From a virus (Duplodnaviria > Caudoviricetes): a DNA stretch of 25,165 nt. The stretch is from IMG/VR virus record IMGVR_UViG_3300028275_000054, positions 1-25,165 of that record; one strand, given 5' to 3'. Numbering within the stretch: position 1 is the first letter of the stretch; every line of letters begins with the position of its first letter. A program made the position numbers and the translations under genes. Positions 1-8,439 of the stretch are shown here, in pieces. Below the pieces are notes generated by a model. It searched no databases. It was not told the origin of the DNA and saw only the letters and a program-made list of their open reading frames with translations.

Positions 1-474
1 GACCTGATGCAGACTGTCGGTCAGATTGTAAATGAAGCAAAGTTGGATGCTCCATCGGAAATCTGCGTTGATACAATTGGCCTCGGCGGCGGTGTTGCAG
101 ATCGACTGCGTGAACAGGGTTATAATGTTGTCGATGTGAACGTGTCTGAATCGTCAGCCATGAACCCGAATGCAAACAAGCTGCGTGATGAACTGTGGAT
201 GTCGGTCAAAGACTGGCTGGCAACAAGAGCTGTTAAACTGCCGCGTGATGAAACACTGCGACATGAGTTAGTGGCGCCACGGTATAACTTCAGCAGCTCT
301 GGCAAGTTGATCGTAGAATCGAAGGATTCCATGCGGAAGAGGCGTATGCGTTCACCTGACTTGGCTGACGCACTGTGCCTGACTTTTGCAGGTAATGCTG
401 CGATGGTTGGTGGTAGGGCTATGGCGTGGAAGCCGGGTAAACCGATAACACGCGGGATCAGAGGTGTGGTGTGA
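1..474 (+). CDS. terL: Terminase large subunit, C-terminal nuclease domain (5'-truncated by window)
   Basis: Motifs ICVDTIGLGGGVADRLRE and ESKDSMRKRRMRSPDLADALCLTF typical of TerL RNase H-like domain; frame open from base 1. Confidence 0.9.
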   Translation, partial: DLMQTVGQIVNEAKLDAPSEICVDTIGLGGGVADRLREQGYNVVDVNVSESSAMNPNANKLRDELWMSVKDWLATRAVKLPRDETLRHELVAPRYNFSSSGKLIVESKDSMRKRRMRSPDLADALCLTFAGNAAMVGGRAMAWKPGKPITRGIRGVV

Positions 475-481
475 TTGGTTG

Positions 482-557
482 GCTCCTGTAGCTCAGTTGG
501 AAGAGCAACTGATTTGTAATCAGTAGGTCGCGGGTTCAAATCCTGCCGGGAGCACCA
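482..557 (+). tRNA. tRNA-Thr(UGU), CCA encoded
   Basis: Cloverleaf: acceptor GCTCCTG/CGGGAGC, D-arm GCTC..GAGC, anticodon stem ACTGA/TCAGT with loop TT-TGT-AA (anticodon 515-517), T-arm GCGGG-TTCAAAT-CCTGC, ends ACCA; 76 nt. Confidence 0.97.
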
Positions 558-612
558 TTCGCATTCGTGTTAAATTTAGTGTAGTTTATGCAGCGAAGAT
601 AAGGTGATCGCG

Positions 613-1272
613 ATGGCAGAACTTCGTCCGTATGAACAGACATGGCGAGATCGTCTTGCATCCATGCTGCTTGGCGATGGTCGTGCATCATTGGGTGCAC
701 AGCAGTTTGTTGAAGGGTTGCTTGGGTCACGCGGTCTTGGGACTACAGGGATGGGTCTGGTTGACCTGACGCCTGCTGGTATTCCTATGGCAGCGCAGGA
801 GGCCCAAAGAGATGTAAACGCTGGAAACTATGTTGGCGGTATTCTTGGGGCAACGGCTGTTTTGCCTGCGGCAAAGGTGGCTGCCATACCTGCTAAAATA
901 GCGGCAAACGAGGTTGCACGCACTATCCCTCAAAACCTCGATGAACTTAGGCTATTGATGTCTCAGAAATACCCTGATGTGAAATTGGATATTTCTGGAA
1001 AGGAATCTGGTCCAGTTGTCATCAATAGGATTGTTGTTCCAGAAGATCAACGCGGAAAGGGTATCGGCTCATCTGTTATGAATGACATATTAAATTATGC
1101 TGATCAGCAGGGTAAAGTTGCAGCACTTACACCAGATTCATCATTTGGAACTTCAAAAGGTAAGCTGATTGATTGGTATAGCAGTATGGGATTCAAAATG
1201 AACAAAGGAAGAAGCCGTGATAACTCAATATCGGAGTTAATGATGCGCCTTCCTAAACAGGGTGGTGAGTGA
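613..1272 (+). CDS. GNAT-family acetyltransferase with Gly/Ala-rich, pre-toxin-like N-terminal region
   Basis: Acetyl-CoA motif A VVPEDQRGKGIGSSVM and LIDWYSSMGF in the C-terminal half; ATG 613 preceded by AAGGTGA (track starts at GTG 604). Confidence 0.8.
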   Translation: MAELRPYEQTWRDRLASMLLGDGRASLGAQQFVEGLLGSRGLGTTGMGLVDLTPAGIPMAAQEAQRDVNAGNYVGGILGATAVLPAAKVAAIPAKIAANEVARTIPQNLDELRLLMSQKYPDVKLDISGKESGPVVINRIVVPEDQRGKGIGSSVMNDILNYADQQGKVAALTPDSSFGTSKGKLIDWYSSMGFKMNKGRSRDNSISELMMRLPKQGGE

Positions 1273-1580
1273 TGGCTAAAACACCTGCATGGCAGCGGTC
1301 AGAAGGTAAGAATCCTTCCGGTGGTTTGAATGCAAAAGGTCGTGCATCGGCAAAAGCTGCTGGCATGAACCTGAAGCCACCAGTTAAGTCTGGCGATAAT
1401 CCTCGTCGTGCGTCATTCTTGGCTCGTATGGGTTCAATGCCGGGACCAGAGCGCGATGAAAAAGGCAAGCCAACACGTTTACTTCTATCGCTGCAAGCAT
1501 GGGGTGCGAGTTCTAAAGCGGATGCCAAGGCCAAGGCAAAAGCTATCTCCGCGCGAAATAAGGGAAAGGGCAGCAAGTGA
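1272..1580 (+). CDS. Small basic phage protein (DUF6321-like)
   Basis: AWQRSEGKNPSGGLNAKGRAS...RRASFLARM motif, Lys/Arg-rich; TGATG overlap with upstream gene; family name from recall. Confidence 0.7.
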   Translation: MAKTPAWQRSEGKNPSGGLNAKGRASAKAAGMNLKPPVKSGDNPRRASFLARMGSMPGPERDEKGKPTRLLLSLQAWGASSKADAKAKAKAISARNKGKGSK

Positions 1581-1741
1581 AAAAGCCTGTCTGGAAAACG
1601 AAAGACCCGACGAAGACTGACAAGAAGCTGTCTCCTAAACAGAAGTCAGCTGCTAAATCGATGGCAAAGGCTGCTGGTCGGCCTTATCCTAATTTGGTTG
1701 ATAATATGAGGGCTGTCGCCCGCATGAAGAAAGGAAAGTGA
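1577..1741 (+). CDS. 54-aa Lys-rich hypothetical protein (absent from ORF track)
   Basis: GTG start in GTGA overlap; MKKPVWKTKDPTKTDKKLSPKQKSAAKSMAKAAGRPYPNLVDNMRAVARMKKGK*; exactly fills the gap to 1743. Confidence 0.8.
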   Translation: MKKPVWKTKDPTKTDKKLSPKQKSAAKSMAKAAGRPYPNLVDNMRAVARMKKGK

Positions 1742-1742
1742 C

Positions 1743-1982
1743 ATGAGCAGCTTTTTGGCAAATGGTCGCGTCTGGGGTGACGCTGAATCAATCACAACAT
1801 CTGCGACTGCAAGCAATGCTTACTCCGGCATCTATGTCGGTGGCACAGGCGATGTGATTGTGGTGACAGAAGCTGGCACGACAGTGACGTTCAAAGCTGT
1901 TCCAGTCGGCACGATCATCCCGATCCGCACGCAAAAGGTACTGGCAACTTCAACTGCTACCTTGATGGTCGGCTTCAAGTAA
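1743..1982 (+). CDS. Putative head-spike base / capsid decoration protein (RcGTA Rcc01079-like)
   Basis: IYVGGTGDVIV...TVTFKAVPVGTIIPIRTQKVLAT pattern matches my recollection of this small all-beta family. Confidence 0.65.
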   Translation: MSSFLANGRVWGDAESITTSATASNAYSGIYVGGTGDVIVVTEAGTTVTFKAVPVGTIIPIRTQKVLATSTATLMVGFK

Positions 1983-1992
1983 GAGGTACATC

Positions 1993-2508
1993 ATGGCACG
2001 TATGCCTGAAGGAATCGGCCTCCTGTCAACTCGTATGCAAGAGATGATGGGTGAAGGTGAGATGGATCGCTCCTGCCCAGTGGCAACACGCGACATCACG
2101 ATGAACTTGAAGAACCGTGGCAAGGCAATCAAGGTTGCCATGTATGGTCCTATGAATCCTGATGAACCGAATGAAGATTACTGGCGCAAGATGGCTATGA
2201 AGTGGGATGTTCCTGCGGAAGAAGCTAAAACAATGCGCTGTGGTAATTGCTCTGCATTCATTCAGACAGCAAAGATGCTGAAGTGCATCGAAGAAGGGCT
2301 GGCTGATGGCGACAATGAAGCGGATGCCTTTGAGACTACTGAAGCGGGTGATCTTGGGTTTTGCGAAGTCTTCGACTTCAAATGTGCAGCCAAGCGCACT
2401 TGTGCCGCATGGATCGTCGGTGGACCAATCACTGATGAAGGTGACGGTGAAGACTACGAAGATGAAGACAGTGAAATGTACTCATCTGAAAACGGGGAAA
2501 TGGACTGA
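1993..2508 (+). CDS. Cys-rich acidic protein with HiPIP-like metal/Fe-S motif
   Basis: RCGNC...GFCEVFDFKCAAKRTCAAW; acidic C-terminal tail; GAGG Shine-Dalgarno. Confidence 0.6.
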   Translation: MARMPEGIGLLSTRMQEMMGEGEMDRSCPVATRDITMNLKNRGKAIKVAMYGPMNPDEPNEDYWRKMAMKWDVPAEEAKTMRCGNCSAFIQTAKMLKCIEEGLADGDNEADAFETTEAGDLGFCEVFDFKCAAKRTCAAWIVGGPITDEGDGEDYEDEDSEMYSSENGEMD

Positions 2509-3191
2509 TGAATCTTAGCATCTGTGTTCCTGCGCGGGAGACTGTGAACACAGGGTTTTCGTATGATCTTGCAATGTTGTGTGCACGGTTTTACGGAAAT
2601 GCTCCTGCGGGTACGACATTCAACTTGAACTTTCTCAACGGGACTTTGATTGCAGATCAGCGGTCAAAACTCGTTGAGATGAGTCTGAAACAAGGTGCAA
2701 CGCATATTCTGTTCTTGGATAGTGATATGCGTTTTCCGTCATATTTAGTTGAGAAGCTAACTAAGCATGACAAAGACATAGTTGCCTGCAACTACGCATC
2801 GCGTCGATTGCCTGTGAAGACGGTAGCATTCAGAGACTTCTCTAATCTGTCTTATATGTATTCGATGGATAAGAATGGTATTGAAGAATGTGATGCTGTC
2901 GGCATGGGTTGTATGCTGATCAAGGCAGAAGTGTTCAAGCAGGTTAACTATCCGTGGTTCCAGATTCATTATCTTCCATCTGCTCGTATGTGGATGGGTG
3001 AAGATATGTACTTCTGTCAGGCAGCAAAGATGGCTGGTAAGAAGATTTGGATTGATCACGATCTATCCAAAGACATCAGGCATATCGGTTCTTTTGAGTT
3101 CGGGCATGAGCATACAGAACAGGCTATGGCTGATGATGAGGCGCTGGCAGCAGCGGCAGACAAGATCAAGGAGATGAGCGATGAAGGGTAA
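2508..3191 (+). CDS. GT-A fold (GT2-like) glycosyltransferase
   Basis: ILFLDSD (DxD), GMGCMLIK, GEDMYFC, IDHDLSKDIRHIG motifs. Confidence 0.8.
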   Translation: MNLSICVPARETVNTGFSYDLAMLCARFYGNAPAGTTFNLNFLNGTLIADQRSKLVEMSLKQGATHILFLDSDMRFPSYLVEKLTKHDKDIVACNYASRRLPVKTVAFRDFSNLSYMYSMDKNGIEECDAVGMGCMLIKAEVFKQVNYPWFQIHYLPSARMWMGEDMYFCQAAKMAGKKIWIDHDLSKDIRHIGSFEFGHEHTEQAMADDEALAAAADKIKEMSDEG

Positions 3192-3348
3192 ATCAAAGAT
3201 CGCTAAGGTGATGGGCGAATATAAGAAGGGTACACTTCATGCGGGTGTGAACCCGAAGGGTCCGAAGAAGGCTCCTATGGCTAAATCTCGTAAGCAGGCG
3301 ATTGCGATTGCTCTGTCTGAAGCCGGGATGAGCAAGAAGAAGAAGTAA
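3181..3348 (+). CDS. 55-aa basic protein (DUF6496-like; absent from ORF track)
   Basis: MKGKSKIAKVMGEYKKGTLHAGVNPKGPKKAPMAKSRKQAIAIALSEAGMSKKKK*; GGAG SD upstream; TAATG overlap with next gene; family name from recall. Confidence 0.82.
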   Translation: MKGKSKIAKVMGEYKKGTLHAGVNPKGPKKAPMAKSRKQAIAIALSEAGMSKKKK

Positions 3349-3908
3349 TGGAACACTTCTACGACCAGATTCAAGGCTGGTTTAACTTCAAGGAACCGTA
3401 TCGTCAGGCTGTCCGAGAGGCGTCTGATGGTGCGGTTTTTGTCGAATTAGGGTGCTGGAAAGGTAAATCTGCTGCATTTCTAGGTGTTGAAATCATCAAC
3501 GCTAGAAAAGCGGTTTCCGTCCATTTTGTCGATCATTGGGGAGGTTCCGATGAACCTGCGCACAAAGCTGATCCTGAGTTGGAACGTGTTTATGAGATAT
3601 TTAACGGCAACATCGCACTTCTGCGCGGGCTTAATTGCTCTGTGCATCGACGGTTTACGGTGGATGCTGCGGCAGATTTTGCGGATAACAGCGTGGATTT
3701 CATCTGGATTGATGCAGGCCATGAGCACGATGAAGTCATGGCTGACATCACTGCGTGGTTCCCGAAGCTGAAAGTCGGCGGCGTCATCGGTGGTGACGAT
3801 TATCCTATGGATGGTGTAAAATCAGCAGTGAAACAGTTTTTCCCGCAGCACGAAGTCGGCACAGAGGGTGGATGGCAGTGGTGGCGGGTACGGAAAAGGG
3901 GTCAATGA
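3348..3908 (+). CDS. Class I SAM-dependent methyltransferase (Methyltransf_24-like)
   Basis: VELGCWKGKS motif I, DFIWIDAGH, GGVIGGDDY. Confidence 0.85.
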   Translation: MEHFYDQIQGWFNFKEPYRQAVREASDGAVFVELGCWKGKSAAFLGVEIINARKAVSVHFVDHWGGSDEPAHKADPELERVYEIFNGNIALLRGLNCSVHRRFTVDAAADFADNSVDFIWIDAGHEHDEVMADITAWFPKLKVGGVIGGDDYPMDGVKSAVKQFFPQHEVGTEGGWQWWRVRKRGQ

Positions 3909-6127
3909 TGGCTATGCAAGACATCCAGCCGGGGACATACACACCAGACCTGATCCCACAGTCTGCTGATGGGCCGCAGGATGCGGCATATAACACTGAA
4001 ACTGGCTATCTGACGCCATACGATGTGCCGATGTCTGAAGACCAGTTCCGATACACTGTGTATCAGGCTATTCAGGACGCACAGACATACATTGACAGCT
4101 ATATCGCGCCTGAACGTGAACAGGCGATGGCGTATTATCTGGCTGAACCGCTGGGTAATGAAGAGCAGGGACGATCACAAATCGTTATGACGGAAGTACG
4201 CGACACGGTACTCGCGATGCTTCCGTCATTGCTCCGAATCTTCACAGGCGGCGACAAGATTCTGGAATTTGTGCCTAAAGGTGCAGAGGATGTTGAAGCC
4301 GCAGCACAGGCAACAGACCTGATTGATTACATCTTCAACCAAGAAAACCCCGGCTTCCGTACATTGCATGATGCAATGAAGGATGCACTGATCCTGAAGA
4401 CGGGCATTCTGACTTGGTACAAGTTGGATGAAGTCAGTGTTGAATATTACTCATATTCAGGTCTAAATCAGGCTGAAGCAAACATCATCACCAATGATCC
4501 TGATGTTGAAGTTGATAGCATCTCAGAAGAGATGGACCTGATCAGTGGTGAAGTGAAGATCAGCCTTACTATTCGTCGTAAACGGAAGAACCCGCGTTAC
4601 GTTGTCGAGTGCATTCCACCTGAACAGTTCCTTATCGACAACGAAGCAACATCGTTGGATGACTTCATTTACATGGGTCGCCGCAAACTGATGACAATCA
4701 GTGAACTTGTGGCAATGGGATACGACCGCACGATCATTGAGCAGAACGCTGGCACAGGCGGCTTCGAGATGAATAACGAAGTACTGGTGCGCAATCCTGC
4801 TGACCAGTCATTCTTCGGTCTTGAGCTTGGAAACGATGAAAGCACCAACAAGGTGTTTTACGTTGAAAGCTATATCAAGGTTGATAAGGACGGTGATGGC
4901 ATCGCAGAACTGCATAAGGTCTGCACGGTTGGAAATGGTGCTTATGTTCTGCATGATGAAGTTGTGCAATCTGCACCTTTCTCCATCCTTGCACCTGATC
5001 CAACACCGCATACGATCTTCGGTCAGTCTATTGCTGACCAGACGATTGACCTGCAGCGCATTAAGTCTGCAATCATGCGTAATACGCTGGATTCACTGGC
5101 ACAGTCTATCCATCCTCGCACTGCCATTGTTGAAGGACAGGTCAACATTGACGATGTTCTGAACAATGAGACTGGTGCAATTATTCGTATGCGTCAGGCT
5201 GGTGCAGTGCAGCCGTTCACAACACAGTTTGTCGGTCAGCAGGCGCTGGGTGTGATGTCCTATATGGACGAGATCAAGACGCAGCGCACAGGCATTTCCC
5301 GTGCGTCACAGGGTCTTGATGCAGACGCATTGCAATCGACAACACGCGCAGCAGTGCAGGCACAATTGTCATCGTCTCAGGAGCGCATCGAAATGATTGC
5401 GCGTCTGTTCTCTGATGGCCTGAAACGCTGCTTCCAAGGTCTGCTGAAGCTGGTGATCCAGCATCAGGATAAGGCAAAGATCATCCGTCTGCGTGGCAAG
5501 TTTGTGCCGATTGATCCGCGTGGCTGGGATGCCAACATGGATATGGTTGTCAACATTGCACTTGGTCGCGGTTCAGACGAGCAGCGCATGGGCTTCCTGA
5601 TGACTATCTTGCAGCAGCAGAAGGAAGCAGTGCAGGCATTTGGTCCGATGAACCCGCTGTGTGGCGTTGACAAGATTGCATCAACACTTGGTCAGATCAC
5701 ACAACTTGCAGGTTTCCAAGACACTGCAAAGTTCTGGAACCAGATCACACCGCAGCAAGTGCAAGAATATGCTGCAATGATGGCATCTAACAAGTCGCCT
5801 GATCCTGCAACAATGCTTGCTAATGTTGAGGCAGAAAAGATCAAGGCTGACATCATCATCAATGCTGCCAAGCAGGAACTGGATCGTCAGAAGGCAATCG
5901 CGCAGGCAGACATTGAGCGCGACAAGCTGTATGTCGATGCCATGATGAAGGCTATCGAGATTCAGGCAAAATATGGTGCGCAGGTTGATATGGCTGTCAT
6001 CAAGGGTGAAGTTGATAAGCAGCGCGAAGAAATCAAGCAAATCTTTGCAACGGTTGGCGCACAGCAGCAGCAGATGCAGCAGCAGCCCGTGATGCCTCCG
6101 ATGCCAGTACCACCGGGGGTGATGTGA
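3905..6127 (+). CDS. Portal protein (P22-like)
   Basis: About 740 aa; GRSQIV..EVRDTV, LHDAMKDALILKTG, PHTIFGQSIAD, C-terminal coiled coil and Q/P tail; precedes scaffold and capsid; start at the ATGATG overlap (3905 or 3908). Confidence 0.9.
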   Translation: MMAMQDIQPGTYTPDLIPQSADGPQDAAYNTETGYLTPYDVPMSEDQFRYTVYQAIQDAQTYIDSYIAPEREQAMAYYLAEPLGNEEQGRSQIVMTEVRDTVLAMLPSLLRIFTGGDKILEFVPKGAEDVEAAAQATDLIDYIFNQENPGFRTLHDAMKDALILKTGILTWYKLDEVSVEYYSYSGLNQAEANIITNDPDVEVDSISEEMDLISGEVKISLTIRRKRKNPRYVVECIPPEQFLIDNEATSLDDFIYMGRRKLMTISELVAMGYDRTIIEQNAGTGGFEMNNEVLVRNPADQSFFGLELGNDESTNKVFYVESYIKVDKDGDGIAELHKVCTVGNGAYVLHDEVVQSAPFSILAPDPTPHTIFGQSIADQTIDLQRIKSAIMRNTLDSLAQSIHPRTAIVEGQVNIDDVLNNETGAIIRMRQAGAVQPFTTQFVGQQALGVMSYMDEIKTQRTGISRASQGLDADALQSTTRAAVQAQLSSSQERIEMIARLFSDGLKRCFQGLLKLVIQHQDKAKIIRLRGKFVPIDPRGWDANMDMVVNIALGRGSDEQRMGFLMTILQQQKEAVQAFGPMNPLCGVDKIASTLGQITQLAGFQDTAKFWNQITPQQVQEYAAMMASNKSPDPATMLANVEAEKIKADIIINAAKQELDRQKAIAQADIERDKLYVDAMMKAIEIQAKYGAQVDMAVIKGEVDKQREEIKQIFATVGAQQQQMQQQPVMPPMPVPPGVM

Positions 6128-6128
6128 G

Positions 6129-6383
6129 ATGCAGACTTTTGAACAGGAAGAGCTATGGCGGTCAGCCAAGGTTTTCCATGATGACGCGCTGTTCAATGAG
6201 TTAATGAAACGGCTGGAACAGCGTTACATGAATCAGTGGCGTCAATCGCCACCGGATCAGGCATCTGTCAGGGAGGATGCCTATAACATGGTCCGTGCGG
6301 TATCTGCTCTTTCTGAAGAACTGTCTGCACTCGCAGCAGAGAAGAAAGTTGCAGATTTCAACGCCCGATTGAAACGGGCATAA
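6129..6383 (+). CDS. Small helical protein between portal and scaffold
   Basis: 84-aa ORF in the typical post-portal slot of podoviruses; coupled to portal stop. Confidence 0.7.
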   Translation: MQTFEQEELWRSAKVFHDDALFNELMKRLEQRYMNQWRQSPPDQASVREDAYNMVRAVSALSEELSALAAEKKVADFNARLKRA

Positions 6384-6398
6384 CTTGGGAGTAATATA

Positions 6399-7403
6399 AT
6401 GTCGAATGCCGAGAAGTCGCAGCCTAGCGAAATCGGCCTTGCAGATGCCGCTGGTCGTATCTCAGCAATTCTGGAAGGGTCCGCACCCACAGCCGAACCT
6501 GAGAAAAAGCAGATGGCTCCTGCCGCAGTCGAAGAGACTGAGGCGACTGCTGAAGATGCTGATGAGACTTCAGCACCTGATGACGAGGCAGCGTCGAATG
6601 ACGCGTCTGATGGTGATGAAACAGCAGATGAAGCAGGGAATGATGATGATGGCTCTGAAGAGCAGCTGAAGCCGGATACGCTCGTAACCGTCAAAATTGA
6701 CGGCAAGACGCAGCAAATCCCGCTAAAAGAGGCTTTAGAAGGGTATCAACGTCAATCCGATTACTCGCGGCGTATGAATGAGTTGCGTTCTGAGAAGCAG
6801 GCGGTTGAGGCTGAAAGGTCGCAGCTTCGTGTAGCCACTGAACGGGTTTTGCAGGAACTTCAGCAGTTCGAAATGCAGGAACCTGATTGGCAGCGGTTGC
6901 ACCAAGAAGACCCGATCAACTTTCCGCTGATTGAGAAGCAGTGGCGTGACCAGCAGGCTCGTAAGCAGCAGTTGCAGGCACAAAAGGCTTATCTTGATCA
7001 AGTCGCTTATCAGAAGGACTTGGAGCAAAAGCAGCAGCTTGTTGAGATTGGACGAAAGTACCTTCTTGATACGTTTGCTGAATGGAAGGACCAAGAGAAG
7101 TTCGAAGCATCGACCAAACAGCTTCGTCAGTACGGCATGAAACAAGGCTTCACTGAAGAGGAATTGGGAAATGTTTACGATCCTCGTTATGTCGTAATGC
7201 TTGAGAAAGCACGGAGATATGATGAATTGCAGGTCAAACGTCCTCAACCTGTTAAGCAGGATGGACCAAGGCCAATGCGTTCCGGTTCGACTGCTTCATC
7301 TCCTAGAACGCAAACTGATGTCGCCCGTGTAAAACAGCGTCTCAAATCAACAGGCCACGTTAATGACGCGGCTGCTCTCTTTGCAATGCTAGACAGGAAG
7401 TAA
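6399..7403 (+). CDS. Capsid scaffolding protein
   Basis: Acidic disordered N-terminus, TVKIDG...GYQRQSDYSRR motif, coiled coils; directly upstream of MCP. Confidence 0.85.
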   Translation: MSNAEKSQPSEIGLADAAGRISAILEGSAPTAEPEKKQMAPAAVEETEATAEDADETSAPDDEAASNDASDGDETADEAGNDDDGSEEQLKPDTLVTVKIDGKTQQIPLKEALEGYQRQSDYSRRMNELRSEKQAVEAERSQLRVATERVLQELQQFEMQEPDWQRLHQEDPINFPLIEKQWRDQQARKQQLQAQKAYLDQVAYQKDLEQKQQLVEIGRKYLLDTFAEWKDQEKFEASTKQLRQYGMKQGFTEEELGNVYDPRYVVMLEKARRYDELQVKRPQPVKQDGPRPMRSGSTASSPRTQTDVARVKQRLKSTGHVNDAAALFAMLDRK

Positions 7404-7407
7404 GACA

Positions 7408-8391
7408 ATGACGACAGTTTCCAAGGTTACAACCTACGATGCTCCGAACTCCATCAGGGAAGATTTGAGCAACATCATCTATGACATCAGCCCGACTGAT
7501 ACGCCATTTATGAGCAACATCGGTCGCGACACCTGCGAAAACACATATTTCGAGTGGCAAACGGACATTTTGGCCAGTGCTGACACTGGTAATGCCGCCA
7601 TCGAAGGCGCCGATGCAGGTGATGCTGACTTCACTCCTACCGTCCGTGTCGCAAACTACACTCAGATCAGCAAGAAAGTGATCTCTGTGTCAGGCACTGA
7701 CGATGTCGTGAACAATGCAGGTATGCGCACACAGATGGCCTATCTCACCGCTAAAGCCGCAAAAGAGCTGAAGCGTGATATGGAAGCTATCCTCACCAGC
7801 AACCAAGCTGGCGTGGCTGGCAATAGCACATCGACTGCTCGTAAGACTGCTGGTCTGCCCACATGGCTCATCACCAACTCGCAGGCTAACGGTGCAACCG
7901 TTTCGGAAATGTCCGGTGCTAACGGCAACGGCTATCCCGACACAGCGTGGACTTCGCTTTCGACTTCGACAGACGTTGCTCTGACGGAAACGATGCTGAA
8001 AACCGCAATTCAGCAGGTCTGGACGCAGGGTGGTGATCCGTCGATCTTCATGGTCAACGCATACAACAAGACTGTTGCTTCTGCGTTCTCTGGCCTTGCA
8101 CAGCAGCGCGTGAACTACACATCTGCAACACCGTTGAAGATCATTGCAACGGCTGATGTGTATCTCGGTGACTTTGGTGAAGTGGCTATCGTTCCTAACC
8201 GCTTTAGCCCCGGCAACTTCGCCTTCGTGCTCGATCCTGAGTATGCTTCGGTTGCTTATCTCCGTCCGTTCCGCACGTTCGACATCGCTAAAACTGGCGA
8301 CTCGGACAAGAAGGAAATGGTCGTGGAATACGGCCTCCGCATTAAGTCTGAAAAGGCTCATGCAGTCATCGCGAACATCATTGCTTCGTGA
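7408..8391 (+). CDS. Major capsid protein (DUF5309/SU10-like)
   Basis: REDLSNIIYDISPTDTPFMS, FEWQTD, NYTQISKK, ELKRDME, AKTGDSDK..VVEYGL; ends in double stop TGA TAA. Confidence 0.92.
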   Translation: MTTVSKVTTYDAPNSIREDLSNIIYDISPTDTPFMSNIGRDTCENTYFEWQTDILASADTGNAAIEGADAGDADFTPTVRVANYTQISKKVISVSGTDDVVNNAGMRTQMAYLTAKAAKELKRDMEAILTSNQAGVAGNSTSTARKTAGLPTWLITNSQANGATVSEMSGANGNGYPDTAWTSLSTSTDVALTETMLKTAIQQVWTQGGDPSIFMVNAYNKTVASAFSGLAQQRVNYTSATPLKIIATADVYLGDFGEVAIVPNRFSPGNFAFVLDPEYASVAYLRPFRTFDIAKTGDSDKKEMVVEYGLRIKSEKAHAVIANIIAS

Positions 8392-8398
8392 TAACACT

Positions 8399-8429
8399 GG
8401 GGCAGGAGAAATCCTGCCCCTTTCATCTT
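8399..8429 (+). terminator. Intrinsic terminator/attenuator after MCP
   Basis: Perfect 9-bp stem GGGGCAGGA-GAAA-TCCTGCCCC followed by TTTCATCTT (short U tract, so read-through is likely). Confidence 0.85.
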
Positions 8430-8439
8430 GGGGAACACT

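Noticed and set aside
120-539. 139-aa minus-strand ORF
   Set aside because: Overlaps terL and the tRNA antisense (PTDYKSVALP is a typical tRNA reverse translation)
482-557. tRNA as an attachment site or prophage boundary
   Set aside because: Phage genes continue on both sides; no integrase or duplicated tRNA 3' end in the window
7690-8397. 235-aa minus-strand ORF opposite the major capsid gene
   Set aside because: Antisense shadow of a codon-biased gene; no motifs; all credible genes are on the + strand
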